Positions 19,801-28,805 of a DNA stretch of 64,000 bases are shown here, one piece after another (the first letter of the stretch is position 1; each line of letters opens with the position of its first letter). The position numbers and the translations under genes were made by a program. The DNA is from an uncultured cyanobacterium. GTDB taxonomy: Bacteria > Cyanobacteriota > Cyanobacteriia > CAKZMO01. Under the pieces are notes generated by a model. That model worked only from the letters and a program-made list of their open reading frames with translations, had not been told where the DNA came from and made no database searches. The stretch is from the NCBI GenBank assembly GCA_963719515.1, contig CAVRCJ010000010.1, positions 608,001 through 672,000 of the forward strand. The letters are read 5' to 3'.

Positions 19801-19946
19801 TGGGGGAAACGGCTCAAGCAGAACCGCAGCTCGCGGTGGGTGACCTAACGGCGTTTTCCGCAGACCTATTGGAGCGGCCCCAGCCTGGCGATCGCCACTG
19901 GCGACCCTGGGAAATTAAGACGCTTGTTTTGAGGTCTGTTTCTTGA
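16839..19946 (+). CDS. Alpha-mannosidase (GH38)
   Basis: GHAHLDLAWLW, WLPDSFG, GDHGGGP, LYLEFHRG, NQFHDILPGS motifs; 1035 aa. Confidence 0.95.
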   Translation: MALAHSELSPDADTAETRAIEAAIARLRHCSQIDLCAGWRGMEADLSLQEALDPQRWARWPLLSLNDKGHVAWPKGQRVIWLGQSVVIPQALPNDQGYPLGGLTLRLALRWWAEETQVYVDGRLVQEGDLFDCFARVLLRPASTPGEAISVALRLVSPGHDAGALVQSLGLYERPDASPPEPGFVADEMAVLHQVLQRFDPNQLPVLAQALSELPWDKVSDRSAFDGAIAPLRQRLLPLGEGVRQRQITLLGHAHLDLAWLWPIAETWAVAERTFESVLDLQQRFPELVFTHSTPALYAWMEAHRPELFQRICDRVRSGQWEVAAGLWVEPELTYVGGEAVARQVLYGQRYVLERFGQLNRVAWLPDSFGFCGQLPQILRQGGVDYFATQKLRWNDTTLFPHEWFRWQAPDGTSVMGVNLPPIGTGIDPTPMATHLCDWEAATGHQTALWLPGVGDHGGGPTADMLNQVRRWQQSPFFPKLGFGQVHDFLDQLPQEALPTWTQDLYLEFHRGCYTTHPDQKRWNRRCERQLYQAELFASLAAIAAAAPYPQTELTGAWKTVLFNQFHDILPGSAVRAVYEEVDPTWAATEAIATRITHAALEAIAAQITRPAPPVSGAQPWALFNSLSWSRGGIVALPLPQGEQSWRAYDEAGGTAPLCQVDPEAQTLLIQVPEVPGVGYRLLWLAPGEPASPSPPPAAYVLENEHLRVTLDPNTGAIAQILDKAQNRSVLSGPGQLQAFRDQGQYWDAWNIDPDYEQHPLPVTFVSIAWQTYGPLRQCVRVVQRIGDSELQQDYLLDAGSPQLTIQTQTHWRERHVLVKAAFPLTLEAPEALTETPFGVTPRPTQFQTPAQQAQWEVPALNWSDLSDPEQSYGVSLLSDYRHGYDFQPSCMRLTLLRGACWPDPLADEGHHAWRYSLYPHDGPWGLRTVQLGYEQHHPLLPVRLSLAATPTLPSTSALVQMPQNVILSAFKRQEDGEGWALRGYECLGETAQAEPQLAVGDLTAFSADLLERPQPGDRHWRPWEIKTLVLRSVS

Positions 19947-19969
19947 GGTCTGTTCCTTGGAGGCCCGCT

Positions 19970-20806
19970 TCAAGATAGCGGCGTTGCGAAGACCTGCGTC
20001 CAGTAGTGGTTGTAGTTAATGCTGCCGGTGTCGTTGGGCAGCGAATAGTAGCCGATGCCAATCTCCGTGAGAGCGGGATTGAAAATGTTGGCGCTGTGGC
20101 TAGGACTCTTCAGCCAAGCGTTCACCACTCCTTCAGCGGTACGGTAGCCCGCGCCAATATTTTCAGCGGTAGCGCGGTAGCCGTAGTTGGCGGCGGCGAC
20201 TCGCTGAGGAGAGCGATCGCCGCTGGGGTCAACGTGGTCGAAAAAGTCGTTGATAGCCATGTTTTGGCTATGGCTCTGGGCAACGGTGCTCAGGGTTTCG
20301 TTGAGCTGGAGCGGTGCTAGGCCAGCGTTTTGGCGAACCGCATTGGTTAGGGAGAGAACGCCCCGAGCTAGCGGGTTTAGGGATGTCGAGGCGTTGGAGG
20401 CGGGTCTGGGAGGGGCTGCGGGCTGGACAGCTGGCGTGAGCGGCGCTGCAGAGGGCGCAGTCTGCCCAGATGAGACCAACTTCAGCTTGTAGCGCGTGCT
20501 GCCTCGGCGACGGGACACCCGAACAAAGTAGGTTCCGGACTCTAGATTGGTGGTGATTCGCTCAGACCGTTTGCCGCGGCGCCGCGATCGCCCCACAACG
20601 GCCCTGGTGCGGTCTAGGAGCGTCACGTCTGCGTTGGCAGAAAGGTTGGAGAGGGAGACCGCAAGTCGGCTACTGCGGCCTAGCCTAAACCGATAGAAGT
20701 CGTGTTTGTCTGAGCGACTTACCGCGTCGCGAAATACATTAGCACCCCCGCGTAAGGTAACGTTTCGGGCCCGGCGGGCCGAATTTCCAGCGCGATCTCT
20801 AGCCAT
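19970..20806 (-). CDS. PPC-like domain plus CAP (SCP) domain protein
   Basis: N-terminal DFYRF...GTYFVRV pre-peptidase-type repeat; C-terminal AENIGAG, WLKSPSH, YWTQVF. Confidence 0.9.
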   Translation of the reverse strand: MARDRAGNSARRARNVTLRGGANVFRDAVSRSDKHDFYRFRLGRSSRLAVSLSNLSANADVTLLDRTRAVVGRSRRRGKRSERITTNLESGTYFVRVSRRRGSTRYKLKLVSSGQTAPSAAPLTPAVQPAAPPRPASNASTSLNPLARGVLSLTNAVRQNAGLAPLQLNETLSTVAQSHSQNMAINDFFDHVDPSGDRSPQRVAAANYGYRATAENIGAGYRTAEGVVNAWLKSPSHSANIFNPALTEIGIGYYSLPNDTGSINYNHYWTQVFATPLS

Positions 20807-21053
20807 GGTCGTCTCTCACAGTTTCTTAACAAACACAGCGCTAGCATTCCGATTCCAGGACAGGGCTATCTCGGTAGATTCGGCTAAATCAGAAGCAAGG
20901 AGAGTAAAAAGACCGTGCATGTCACTACGCGGAAAGAGGGTGCATTTGAACTAATGGGCGCTGTTCTATGGCGAGGCGAGATGCGGACTATAGCTAAGCT
21001 GTTCCCGCATCACGGGCCATCCGCGCCGTTAGGAGTTGCCGCCGGCGAAATTC

Positions 21054-21073
21054 GTTTGTACTATGGTACAAAC
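21054..21073. promoter_or_regulatory. Perfect palindrome GTTTGTAC-TATG-GTACAAAC, LexA-box-like, upstream of sbcD
   Basis: GTAC-N4-GTAC core as in the cyanobacterial LexA box; ends 14 nt before the sbcD GTG. Confidence 0.55.
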
Positions 21074-21087
21074 AGCGTCTCGGCCCC

Positions 21088-22392
21088 GTGATTAAACTCC
21101 TACACCTGTCGGATATCCACTTAGGGAGCGGCTTTTCCCACGGAAAGACCAACCCTGAAACCGGACTTAATACCCGCTTCGAAGACTTCGTGCGGGCGCT
21201 GGAGCGCTGTATCGATCGGGCGATCGCAGAGCCCGTCCATCTGGTGCTGTTTGGGGGAGACGCCTTTCCCGATGCCACCCCCGCCCCCCGCGTGCAGGAG
21301 GCCTTTGCCCAACAGTTTCGTCGCCTGTCCGACGCCGATATCCCGGCGGTGCTGCTGGTGGGCAACCACGACCAGTATGCTCAGGGTCAGGGGGGAGCCA
21401 GCCTTTCCATCTACCGCACCCTAGGAGTTCCCGGCATCGTGGTGGGCGATCGCCTCACCACCCACACCATTGAGACCGCCGCTGGCCCGGTGCAGGTGGT
21501 AACCCTGCCCTGGCTCACCCGCTCTACTCTGCTCACCCGGCCTGAAACCGAGGGGCTTTCTATGGGAGCGGTAAGCCATATGCTCTTGGATCGGCTGCGG
21601 GTGGCTCTGGAGGCCGAGATTCGACAGCTCGATCCCGAGCGGCCTACGGTACTGCTGGCGCACCTGATGGTAGATACGGCAGAGTACGGGGCCGAGCGTT
21701 TTTTGGCGGTGGGCAAAGGGTTTACGGTGCCCATGGCCCTACTGGCCCGCCCCTGCTTTGACTATGTGGCTTTGGGGCATGTGCATCGCCACCAGGTGCT
21801 CTGCGAGTCTCCCCCAGTGGTCTATCCCGGCAGCATTGAGCGGGTCGATTTTAGCGAAGAGCAAGAGACTAAAGGGTTTGTGCGGGTGGACCTAGAGCGG
21901 GGCCGAGCAAATTTAGAGTTTTGTCCGCTGCCGGTGCGGCGGTTTCACACTATTGAGGTAGACCTGTGCCGAGAAACCGATCCGCTGGCGGCGCTGGTTT
22001 TAGCCATCGATGGGGCTGACATTGACGATGCGGTGGTGCGTCTCCGGTATCGGGTGCACCCTTCGCAGCTCGATGCCGTGGACGTCAGCACAGTCCAGCA
22101 GCAGCTCGCGCGGGCCCATTCCTACACTATCCATCCCGAGCTAGCCAGCAAGATGGCGACACCGCGCCTGCCAGAGCTGAGCGACGGCTACCGCTTCGAC
22201 CCGCTGGAGGCGCTGGATCTTTACCTCCAGCACCGCGCTGACTTAGAGCAGGGTGCAGTTGACCTACGCAGCGCGGCGCGGCGCTTAATGGAGGGAACGT
22301 GGGAGGATGCTCCTGAGGACATGCCGGATTTCGACGTCAGCGTGAACCGCTGTCGGGAGGCCAGTCAAGATCAGCAGCTCAGGCTTTTGTAG
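21088..22392 (+). CDS. sbcD: Exonuclease SbcCD subunit D
   Basis: HLSDIHLG, GGDAF, GNHD, LLAH, ALGHVH, YPGSIERVDFSE motifs. Confidence 0.95.
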   Translation: MIKLLHLSDIHLGSGFSHGKTNPETGLNTRFEDFVRALERCIDRAIAEPVHLVLFGGDAFPDATPAPRVQEAFAQQFRRLSDADIPAVLLVGNHDQYAQGQGGASLSIYRTLGVPGIVVGDRLTTHTIETAAGPVQVVTLPWLTRSTLLTRPETEGLSMGAVSHMLLDRLRVALEAEIRQLDPERPTVLLAHLMVDTAEYGAERFLAVGKGFTVPMALLARPCFDYVALGHVHRHQVLCESPPVVYPGSIERVDFSEEQETKGFVRVDLERGRANLEFCPLPVRRFHTIEVDLCRETDPLAALVLAIDGADIDDAVVRLRYRVHPSQLDAVDVSTVQQQLARAHSYTIHPELASKMATPRLPELSDGYRFDPLEALDLYLQHRADLEQGAVDLRSAARRLMEGTWEDAPEDMPDFDVSVNRCREASQDQQLRLL

Positions 22393-22403
22393 GAGGATGT
22401 GAC

Positions 22404-22718
22404 GTGAGAGCTCGAATTGAAGACGGCGTTGTGTTTCTGCATAAAGACGACGTCCCCCCCTATAAAAAAGGGGGATCAACGGTGAGAAACAGCTACTTTT
22501 GGGCGCTGCGATCCATTGCAGGACGGGCCTATCGGGGGCAAGCTTGGGAGTTTGAGTCCGACGTCTGGCTGGCGCTGCAGCGGATGCTGCTATCTTTTGG
22601 GGAATCGAGGTATTTGGGGACGCAGGAGCTTGTGCTGGAGTTTCCCGTAGACCAGGCGATTCCTCCCGAGCTGCGGGCCGTATCGACCTGGCAGGACCCG
22701 GTGGCGGAGTCTCTCTAG
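22404..22718 (+). CDS. Small conserved hypothetical protein
   Basis: 104-aa ORF with GTG start preceded by AGGAGG; VRNSYFWALRSIA motif. Confidence 0.75.
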   Translation: MRARIEDGVVFLHKDDVPPYKKGGSTVRNSYFWALRSIAGRAYRGQAWEFESDVWLALQRMLLSFGESRYLGTQELVLEFPVDQAIPPELRAVSTWQDPVAESL

Positions 22719-22901
22719 CACCAGCGAACCGTAAGAAAGCTGGGCATGGGGCCTCCATAATTCCAAGCCTTAGGTTAGGCCTACGTCAAAGCGCCCTGAG
22801 CGTGTTGTGGTTGTGTGACTATGTGTTGCGAAGGGTGAATAGGCTTTGCGAAACGCGCAATACCAGATATAACTTTTTTAGGTTGTGCGTTTTACTCAGT
22901 G

Positions 22902-22981
22902 CTGCTACCTAGGCATATTGATGTCTAGGCATACTGCTATTCCAGCAGGGTGCTATCTCAGCAGATTGATATCTAGGCACA
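22902..22981. repeat. Degenerate 16-nt tandem repeat x5
   Basis: ctgctacctaggcata / ttgatgtctaggcata / ctgctattccagcagg / gtgctatctcagcaga / ttgatatctaggcaca. Confidence 0.65.
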
Positions 22982-23070
22982 CGGTGGTAGAGCAAAATTA
23001 TCTTGGGAAGTAACTTTCGTGAAGAAAAACCGCGGCTTCCCAGCCCAGACGAGGTTTGTAGGCGAACATT

Positions 23071-23790
23071 GTGGATGAAACTATCGTGGACAAAATTCGA
23101 GTTGTACTAGTTGAAGACCATGACCTGACTCGAATTGGTCTAAAAACTGCGCTTCAGCGTCACGAACAGATTGACATCGTCGGAGAAGCGGCAAATGGGG
23201 CCCAGGGCATTAGCATCATTCAGAAAACCCAGCCTGACGTTGCCATTGTTGATATTGGCCTGCCGGACATTGATGGCATCGAGGTCACCAGTCAGTTGAA
23301 GCAGATCGGCCCCAACCAGGCGAGCAGCGCGGAGGGAGCCCAGCTCAAGATTCTGGTGCTGACAATGCACGATAACGAAGAAGCGGTGCTGGCGGCCTTT
23401 GCCGCTGGAGCAGATTCCTACAGCGTCAAAGATGTAGGCATCGATAAGCTAGTGGAAGCGATTATCTCTACCCACGGCGGTAACGCTTGGATTGACCCCG
23501 CGATCGCTCGCATCGTGCTCAAGCAGGCCCAGGCCCAGGCCCAGGCCGGACGCCCGCAAGACCTGCCGGAGTATGAGAAAGTGCTGGAGGCCGATCCCCT
23601 CACGGAGCGGGAGCTAGAGGTGCTGGAGCTGATCGTCGACGGCTACAGCAACGCCGACATCGCCAAAGAGCTTTACATTACTATCGGCACCGTCAAGACT
23701 CACGTGCGCAACATTCTCAGCAAGCTCTCGGCTGCGGACCGCACCCAGGCCGCTGTGCGGGCGCTGCGCTCTGGCCTAGTGAGCCTGTAG
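23071..23790 (+). CDS. NarL/LuxR-family response regulator
   Basis: Receiver domain (VEDH, VDIGLP, LVLT, VK) plus LuxR HTH (LTERELEVL...TVKTHVRNILSKL). Confidence 0.95.
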   Translation: MDETIVDKIRVVLVEDHDLTRIGLKTALQRHEQIDIVGEAANGAQGISIIQKTQPDVAIVDIGLPDIDGIEVTSQLKQIGPNQASSAEGAQLKILVLTMHDNEEAVLAAFAAGADSYSVKDVGIDKLVEAIISTHGGNAWIDPAIARIVLKQAQAQAQAGRPQDLPEYEKVLEADPLTERELEVLELIVDGYSNADIAKELYITIGTVKTHVRNILSKLSAADRTQAAVRALRSGLVSL

Positions 23791-23859
23791 CGCCCCGACG
23801 AGTCTATGAGGCCAAGAAAGAGGCCCAGCAAGCCGCAGCCTGGCCATCGGCCTGGCCGG

Positions 23860-24669
23860 TCAGGGTTGATCCCCGCAGCCCAGATCGAGGGTAGGCCAGT
23901 CTGCCTCCCGGTCGAAGGCGCTCATATCCTCAAACTTACGCAGCTCCACCCGATGGACCTGGAACAGCTGTGTCTTACTGTCGGCCTGCCAGCTCTCGTT
24001 GAGGGCGGTGACGCTGCGCTGAAGCTCGCTCCGCTCAGCAGTGTCAATTTGTGAGGTGAAATAGCCCAGCGTGATATGGGCCGTCAAATGGTACTGTTGC
24101 TCAATCCCCAAGGCGATCACCTGGCGGTTTTGGTAGACGGCTCGCCGCAGATCGAGCACTTTTTGGTACGCGCCCTCTGTCTTCGGCGCGAGGCTCACCC
24201 CAATAGCGCGGGGCATAATCATCAAGCCCAAAATCTGCCAGGCGCAGGGCGCGGCAGGCGCTTGGGATTTACTGCTATAGGTCTTAAAGCTGTAGGCGAT
24301 CGCCTGCCGCAGTTTGTCGTCGAAGCTGGGAGATTCTGTGGCCAGGCGGTAAGCGTCATCCCAAATGAGGTCGGCCACCGTGAGGTGCAAACTGGACGCC
24401 GGCACCAGCCCCAACACTCCCTGAGGCAGCATCTGGTCGAGCTGGGTTTGGAGCTGCCCTAAAGCCTGATAGATCGCTTCATTGGGCTTGTCTTCGGGGT
24501 GAGGCGGGGTCACGACGGAGTAACCCGGAAACGGGACGGCGGCGTTGGCCCCGTTGTTGGACTGACGATATTTAGAGGAAGGTTGGGCGTAGCGGAGCTG
24601 CGAGCCATAGCTTTCGGGCAGCGACATCCGCGCCACGCGGTTAATATAGTCCATGTAGAGATCGTCCAC
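23860..24669 (-). CDS. 2H phosphoesterase family protein (DUF1868-like)
   Basis: Two HxT motifs (LHLTVADL, AHITLGYF) and PFPGYSV. Confidence 0.75.
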   Translation of the reverse strand: MDDLYMDYINRVARMSLPESYGSQLRYAQPSSKYRQSNNGANAAVPFPGYSVVTPPHPEDKPNEAIYQALGQLQTQLDQMLPQGVLGLVPASSLHLTVADLIWDDAYRLATESPSFDDKLRQAIAYSFKTYSSKSQAPAAPCAWQILGLMIMPRAIGVSLAPKTEGAYQKVLDLRRAVYQNRQVIALGIEQQYHLTAHITLGYFTSQIDTAERSELQRSVTALNESWQADSKTQLFQVHRVELRKFEDMSAFDREADWPTLDLGCGDQP

Positions 24670-24769
24670 GAGCCCTCCCTTATCTGAATAGGTTCACTCC
24701 AGCCTAGCCTCTCCGCCTAGCTGTCGGGTACAGGCATAATTTCTTGTCACGATTTTTGAGCAGCCCGCG

Positions 24770-25801
24770 ATGCCTATCTATTTCTTTTGGGGAGACGACG
24801 ACTACGGCGTCAATCAGGCGGTTCAGACCCTGCGCGCCCAGGCCCTCGACCCCGACTGGGCCAGCGTCAATTTCGATAAACATACCGCAGATGGCGACGC
24901 CGTGATTCCGGCCCTCGCCCAGGCCATGATGCCCCCCTTTGGGGCCGGCCAGCGGTTCATCTGGCTCGCCAACACCGGGCTGGGGCAGCAGTGCCCTAAA
25001 CCCGTACTCGAAGAGCTCCAGCGCACTCTGCCCAGCGTGCTGCCCACTACGGTCTTGCTGCTTACGGCGGCCCAAAAGCCCGACGGACGCCTGAAATCGA
25101 CAAAGCTCCTGCAGCAGTACGCCCAGGTGCGTGAGTTTTCTACCATCTCTCCCTGGAAGACAGATCAGCTGGTGCGCCAGGTCCAAGACACCGCCAAGGC
25201 GCTGCAGCTGCCCTTAGCAGCGGGCACCGCTGACCTGCTCGCCGAGGCCGTGGGCAACAACCGGCGACAGCTATACACCGAGCTGGAAAAGCTGCGGCTT
25301 TATACCGACGGTCAGCCTGTGACGCCGGACGCTGTGGCGCTACTGGTCAACAGCTACACCCAGAGCAGCCTCAAGCTGGCCGCCGCGATTCGAGAGGGTG
25401 ACGCGGCAGAGGCGCTCACCCAGCTGCAGGACTTGCTGAACCGCAACGAGCCTAGCCTGCGCATTCTGGCGGTGCTGGTGGGGCAGTTTCGCACCTGGCT
25501 GTGGATCAAGCTGATGCTGGAGGCGGGGGAGCGGGACGAGCGGGCGATCGCCCAGGCTGCGGAGGTGCGCAACCCCAAACGCATCTACTTTTTGAAGCAG
25601 GAGGTGCAGCGGCTGCCGCTCATGGGCCTGCAGCAAAGCCTACCGCTGCTGCTAGAACTGGAGTCGGGATTAAAGCTGGGGGGCGGGGAGATGCTGATGC
25701 AGACGAAAGTTATCGAGCTGTGCCAGCTGTTTAATCGTCAGCAGTCCGAGCGTCAGCAGTCCGGTCGTCAGCAGTCCGAGCGTCAACAGAGGCGAGGGTG
25801 A
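24770..25801 (+). CDS. holA: DNA polymerase III delta subunit
   Basis: MPIYFFWGDD, MPPFGAG, KPDGRLK, ELEKLRLY, NPKRIYFL motifs. Confidence 0.93.
   Translation: MPIYFFWGDDDYGVNQAVQTLRAQALDPDWASVNFDKHTADGDAVIPALAQAMMPPFGAGQRFIWLANTGLGQQCPKPVLEELQRTLPSVLPTTVLLLTAAQKPDGRLKSTKLLQQYAQVREFSTISPWKTDQLVRQVQDTAKALQLPLAAGTADLLAEAVGNNRRQLYTELEKLRLYTDGQPVTPDAVALLVNSYTQSSLKLAAAIREGDAAEALTQLQDLLNRNEPSLRILAVLVGQFRTWLWIKLMLEAGERDERAIAQAAEVRNPKRIYFLKQEVQRLPLMGLQQSLPLLLELESGLKLGGGEMLMQTKVIELCQLFNRQQSERQQSGRQQSERQQRRG
25736..25789. repeat. 15-nt in-frame tandem repeat at the holA 3' end (RQQSE/G)
   Basis: cgtcagcagtccgag / cgtcagcagtccggt / cgtcagcagtccgag / cgtcaacag. Confidence 0.9.
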
Positions 25802-25804
25802 GAG

Positions 25805-26572
25805 ATGCTGCCCTTCCTGCTATCAAGCCTGATGCTGCTGGCCTTTAGCGGTCTTTTGTTTCGCCGTCGCCAGCGGCTGAAGCAGCGGCTGCTGGCCATT
25901 AAGGGCACGGAGGTCGGCAGCTTGGGGGAGCTGCGGCAGCTCGTAGGCCAGGTGGCTGAGGAGCTAGGGCCGGGGGCATACCGAGAGCGGGTAGCGCTGG
26001 TGGGAACGATTCGCTGCGACGCTCCGCTAGAGGCTCCTCTATCGCAGCAGGCCTGCGTCTACTGTCAGACCATCGTCAGGGAGAAGTACCGGGACGTTAC
26101 CACCACCACCGACAGTCAAGGCAACCGCTCTCGGCGATCGCAGCGGCGCACGAAGGTGATCAGCCGCGACGTGATTCAGACGCCGTTTTACCTAGACGAC
26201 CCCTCGGGTCAGGTACGCATCGACCCCGATTGCTTCGATATCGAGGGGGTGACGGTGGTCAAGCGGTTCGAGCCCGCCTCTGGTAATCGGCGCCGCACCC
26301 ACCACAGCACCCTGGGGTATCACTACCGCGAGGACATTCTGCCCTTAGGGACCCCTGTATATGTAATGGGGGAGATAACGGACGAGGGGCCAGAGCTGTC
26401 TATAGTGGCACCGCCAGCAGCGCCCAAGGGCGTTATTACCCACCAGTCGCGGCAGGCCCTGGTGGGTAAGCTAGAGACCTCAGTGCAGCGACAGAGCGCT
26501 GCCAGCGCCGTGCTGCTGGCGGCGAGCGTTGGCATTTTGGCGTTTGGCGTCTATAGCCTGCTTTTGGGCTAA
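25805..26572 (+). CDS. GIDE-domain membrane protein
   Basis: N- and C-terminal TM segments; PLEAPLSQQACVY, PFYLDDPSGQVRIDP, YREDILPLGTPVYVMG. Confidence 0.75.
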   Translation: MLPFLLSSLMLLAFSGLLFRRRQRLKQRLLAIKGTEVGSLGELRQLVGQVAEELGPGAYRERVALVGTIRCDAPLEAPLSQQACVYCQTIVREKYRDVTTTTDSQGNRSRRSQRRTKVISRDVIQTPFYLDDPSGQVRIDPDCFDIEGVTVVKRFEPASGNRRRTHHSTLGYHYREDILPLGTPVYVMGEITDEGPELSIVAPPAAPKGVITHQSRQALVGKLETSVQRQSAASAVLLAASVGILAFGVYSLLLG

Positions 26573-26584
26573 ATTGTCAGCAAA

Positions 26585-26630
26585 GCTGCTGAAAAAGGGG
26601 GCCTCCTTCACAAAGGCTTCTTTCAGCGGC
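26585..26630 (+). terminator. Stem-loop downstream of the GIDE gene
   Basis: GCTGCTGAAA...TTTCAGCGGC with inner GGGGCCT/AGGCTTC pairing. Confidence 0.45.
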
Positions 26631-26764
26631 CTGTCGCCGTGAGGAACCCGCGAAAGCACTCGCCTAAGGGCTCATAACCGGTTAATATGTATGGCCAGGT
26701 ATGGCTTGTAATTTAGCCGAATTTCAACCCGCACCGGCCACTCAAATCCCACAGGATCTCGGAT

Positions 26765-27748
26765 ATGTCAGAAATTTTTATGTTTAACGCGCTTCGCGAA
26801 GCGGTCGACGAAGAGATGGCGCGCGATGAGACGGTGATGGTGATGGGTGAAGACGTGGGTCACTACGGCGGCTCTTATAAGGTAACTAAAGACCTGCACA
26901 AAAAGTACGGCGATCTGCGTATTCTCGACACCCCCATCGCCGAAAACAGCTTCACCGGCATGGCTGTCGGGGCTGCGATGACGGGCCTGCGGCCCATTAT
27001 TGAAGGCATGAACATGGGGTTCTTGCTGCTGGCCTTTAATCAAATCGCCAACAACGCCGGCATGCTGCGCTACACCTCCGGCGGCAACTTTAAGATTCCC
27101 CTTGTGATTCGCGGTCCGGGGGGAGTGGGGCGTCAGCTGGGGGCGGAGCATTCCCAGCGGCTAGAGGCCTACTTCCAGGGCGTGCCGGGGCTAAAGATGG
27201 TGGCCGTCTCCACCGCCGTCAACGCTAAGGGGCTGCTGAAAGCAGCCATCCGCGACGACAATCCGGTGCTGTTTTTTGAGCATGTGCTGCTTTACAACCT
27301 CAAAGGCGAGATGCCCAAGGGAGACTTCGTGCAGCGGCTGGATAAGGCCGAGATGGTGCGCCGGGGCAAAGACGTCACGATTTTGACCTATTCCCGCATG
27401 CGCTATCACTGCATCCAGGCGGCAAAGACCCTAGAGGAGCAGGGCTTTGACCCCGAAATCATTGACCTAATTTCCCTGAAGCCCTTCGACTACGACACCA
27501 TTGGCGACTCCATTCGCAAGACTCACCGCGTGGTGGTGGTGGAGGAATGCATGAAGTCCGGCGGCATTGGCGCAGAGCTAACCGCCTCGATCCAAGAGCG
27601 CTTTTTTGACGAGCTGGATGCCCCGATTGTGCGGCTGGCCTCCCAGGATATTCCCACCCCCTACAACGGGGCGCTGGAGAATTTGACCATCGTGCAGCCG
27701 AAGCAGATCGTGGATGCCGTGAAGGAGATGATGGCGGTAGCGGCGTAG
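26765..27748 (+). CDS. pdhB: Pyruvate dehydrogenase E1 beta subunit
   Basis: [40 protein letters not shown]. Confidence 0.97.
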   Translation: MSEIFMFNALREAVDEEMARDETVMVMGEDVGHYGGSYKVTKDLHKKYGDLRILDTPIAENSFTGMAVGAAMTGLRPIIEGMNMGFLLLAFNQIANNAGMLRYTSGGNFKIPLVIRGPGGVGRQLGAEHSQRLEAYFQGVPGLKMVAVSTAVNAKGLLKAAIRDDNPVLFFEHVLLYNLKGEMPKGDFVQRLDKAEMVRRGKDVTILTYSRMRYHCIQAAKTLEEQGFDPEIIDLISLKPFDYDTIGDSIRKTHRVVVVEECMKSGGIGAELTASIQERFFDELDAPIVRLASQDIPTPYNGALENLTIVQPKQIVDAVKEMMAVAA

Positions 27749-27769
27749 TCCGTAGGGCTGGGGCGGCGC

Positions 27770-28633
27770 TCAGGCCCCTTGCCGGTCTGAGCGCCGCTGA
27801 CCTTGGCTGAGGAGCATGGCTCCCAAAACAAAGGCCGCCCCCAACAGCCCCCGCCACCCCAGCTGCTCCCCCAGCAGCCAAAACGACACCACCGCCGCAA
27901 ATACGGGTTCCAGGCTCCCCAACAGGGCTACCCGGTAGGCGGGAACCCAGCGCTGGGCGATCGCCTGGGACCACAGGGGCGCCACGGTGACGGCCAGTCC
28001 CAGGTACATTAGGATGCCCGCGTGGTCGGCGATCGCCGTCGTTTGCTCCAGCAGCTCGGGCAGGGCCACCAGTAGGCCTAGCCCCGCCATCACCGTAATT
28101 TGCACCGCCGCTAAGGGCAGCGCGGCGTGGCGTGGGGCCACCGTCTCAAGCACCAGCAAATAGACCGCCACACCCAAAGCCGACCCCAGGCTAAGCAGGT
28201 CGCCCCAGGCCACACCGCCCCCCTCCCAGGCCATGACGCCGATGCCCGTAAAGGCCAGCAGCCCCGCCACCAGCACCGAGCGCGGCAGCCGCTGACCCAT
28301 GAGGGTGGCTAAGAGGGGCACGAAGATAACGTTGAGGCTGATGATGAATGCGGAGCGGTTGGCAGAAACGGTCTGCAGGCCGTTTAGGGCGCTGGTGGTT
28401 TCGACGAAGTAAATCGCGCCGAGCAGCGCCCCGTCGCGCAGCAGCCGTGGGTTGACCCGCAGCAGCCACGGCGCTAAGGCCACCGCAGCGATCGCAAAGC
28501 GGACGCCGATTAGGGCGGCGGGGGAAAGCTCGCCGATGGTCTCCTTGAGCACGGCGAAGGACGTGCCCCAAAGGAGGGTCGTCAAGAGGATGAGCGCCGT
28601 GCCTTGGGTGGCGCGAGTGGGTGAATACAGCAT
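27770..28633 (-). CDS. DMT/EamA family transporter
   Basis: About 10 TM segments; LLWGTSF, RFAIA, LEPVFAA; likely start MLYSPTR. Confidence 0.9.
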   Translation of the reverse strand: MLYSPTRATQGTALILLTTLLWGTSFAVLKETIGELSPAALIGVRFAIAAVALAPWLLRVNPRLLRDGALLGAIYFVETTSALNGLQTVSANRSAFIISLNVIFVPLLATLMGQRLPRSVLVAGLLAFTGIGVMAWEGGGVAWGDLLSLGSALGVAVYLLVLETVAPRHAALPLAAVQITVMAGLGLLVALPELLEQTTAIADHAGILMYLGLAVTVAPLWSQAIAQRWVPAYRVALLGSLEPVFAAVVSFWLLGEQLGWRGLLGAAFVLGAMLLSQGQRRSDRQGA

Positions 28634-28805
28634 TGGTAGAGTCTTCCTGCATGGGGCTGCTCTCACCCTAGCTACGCCCAGCTTGGGAAAACCACCCGCA
28701 GCGCTCATCACGTCTATGAAGAAATTTGATGGCAGCTGGCCCAAAGCATAGCCCTGCGTCAGGGACAATGTTTTCTAGACCATTGCCCTCTCAAGCTCCG
28801 TTGCC

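Noticed and set aside
17462..19848. Many short overlapping or antisense ORFs inside long genes (also within the RND, pdhB and gmd genes)
   Set aside because: Expected shadow ORFs in GC-rich coding DNA; no recognisable motifs.
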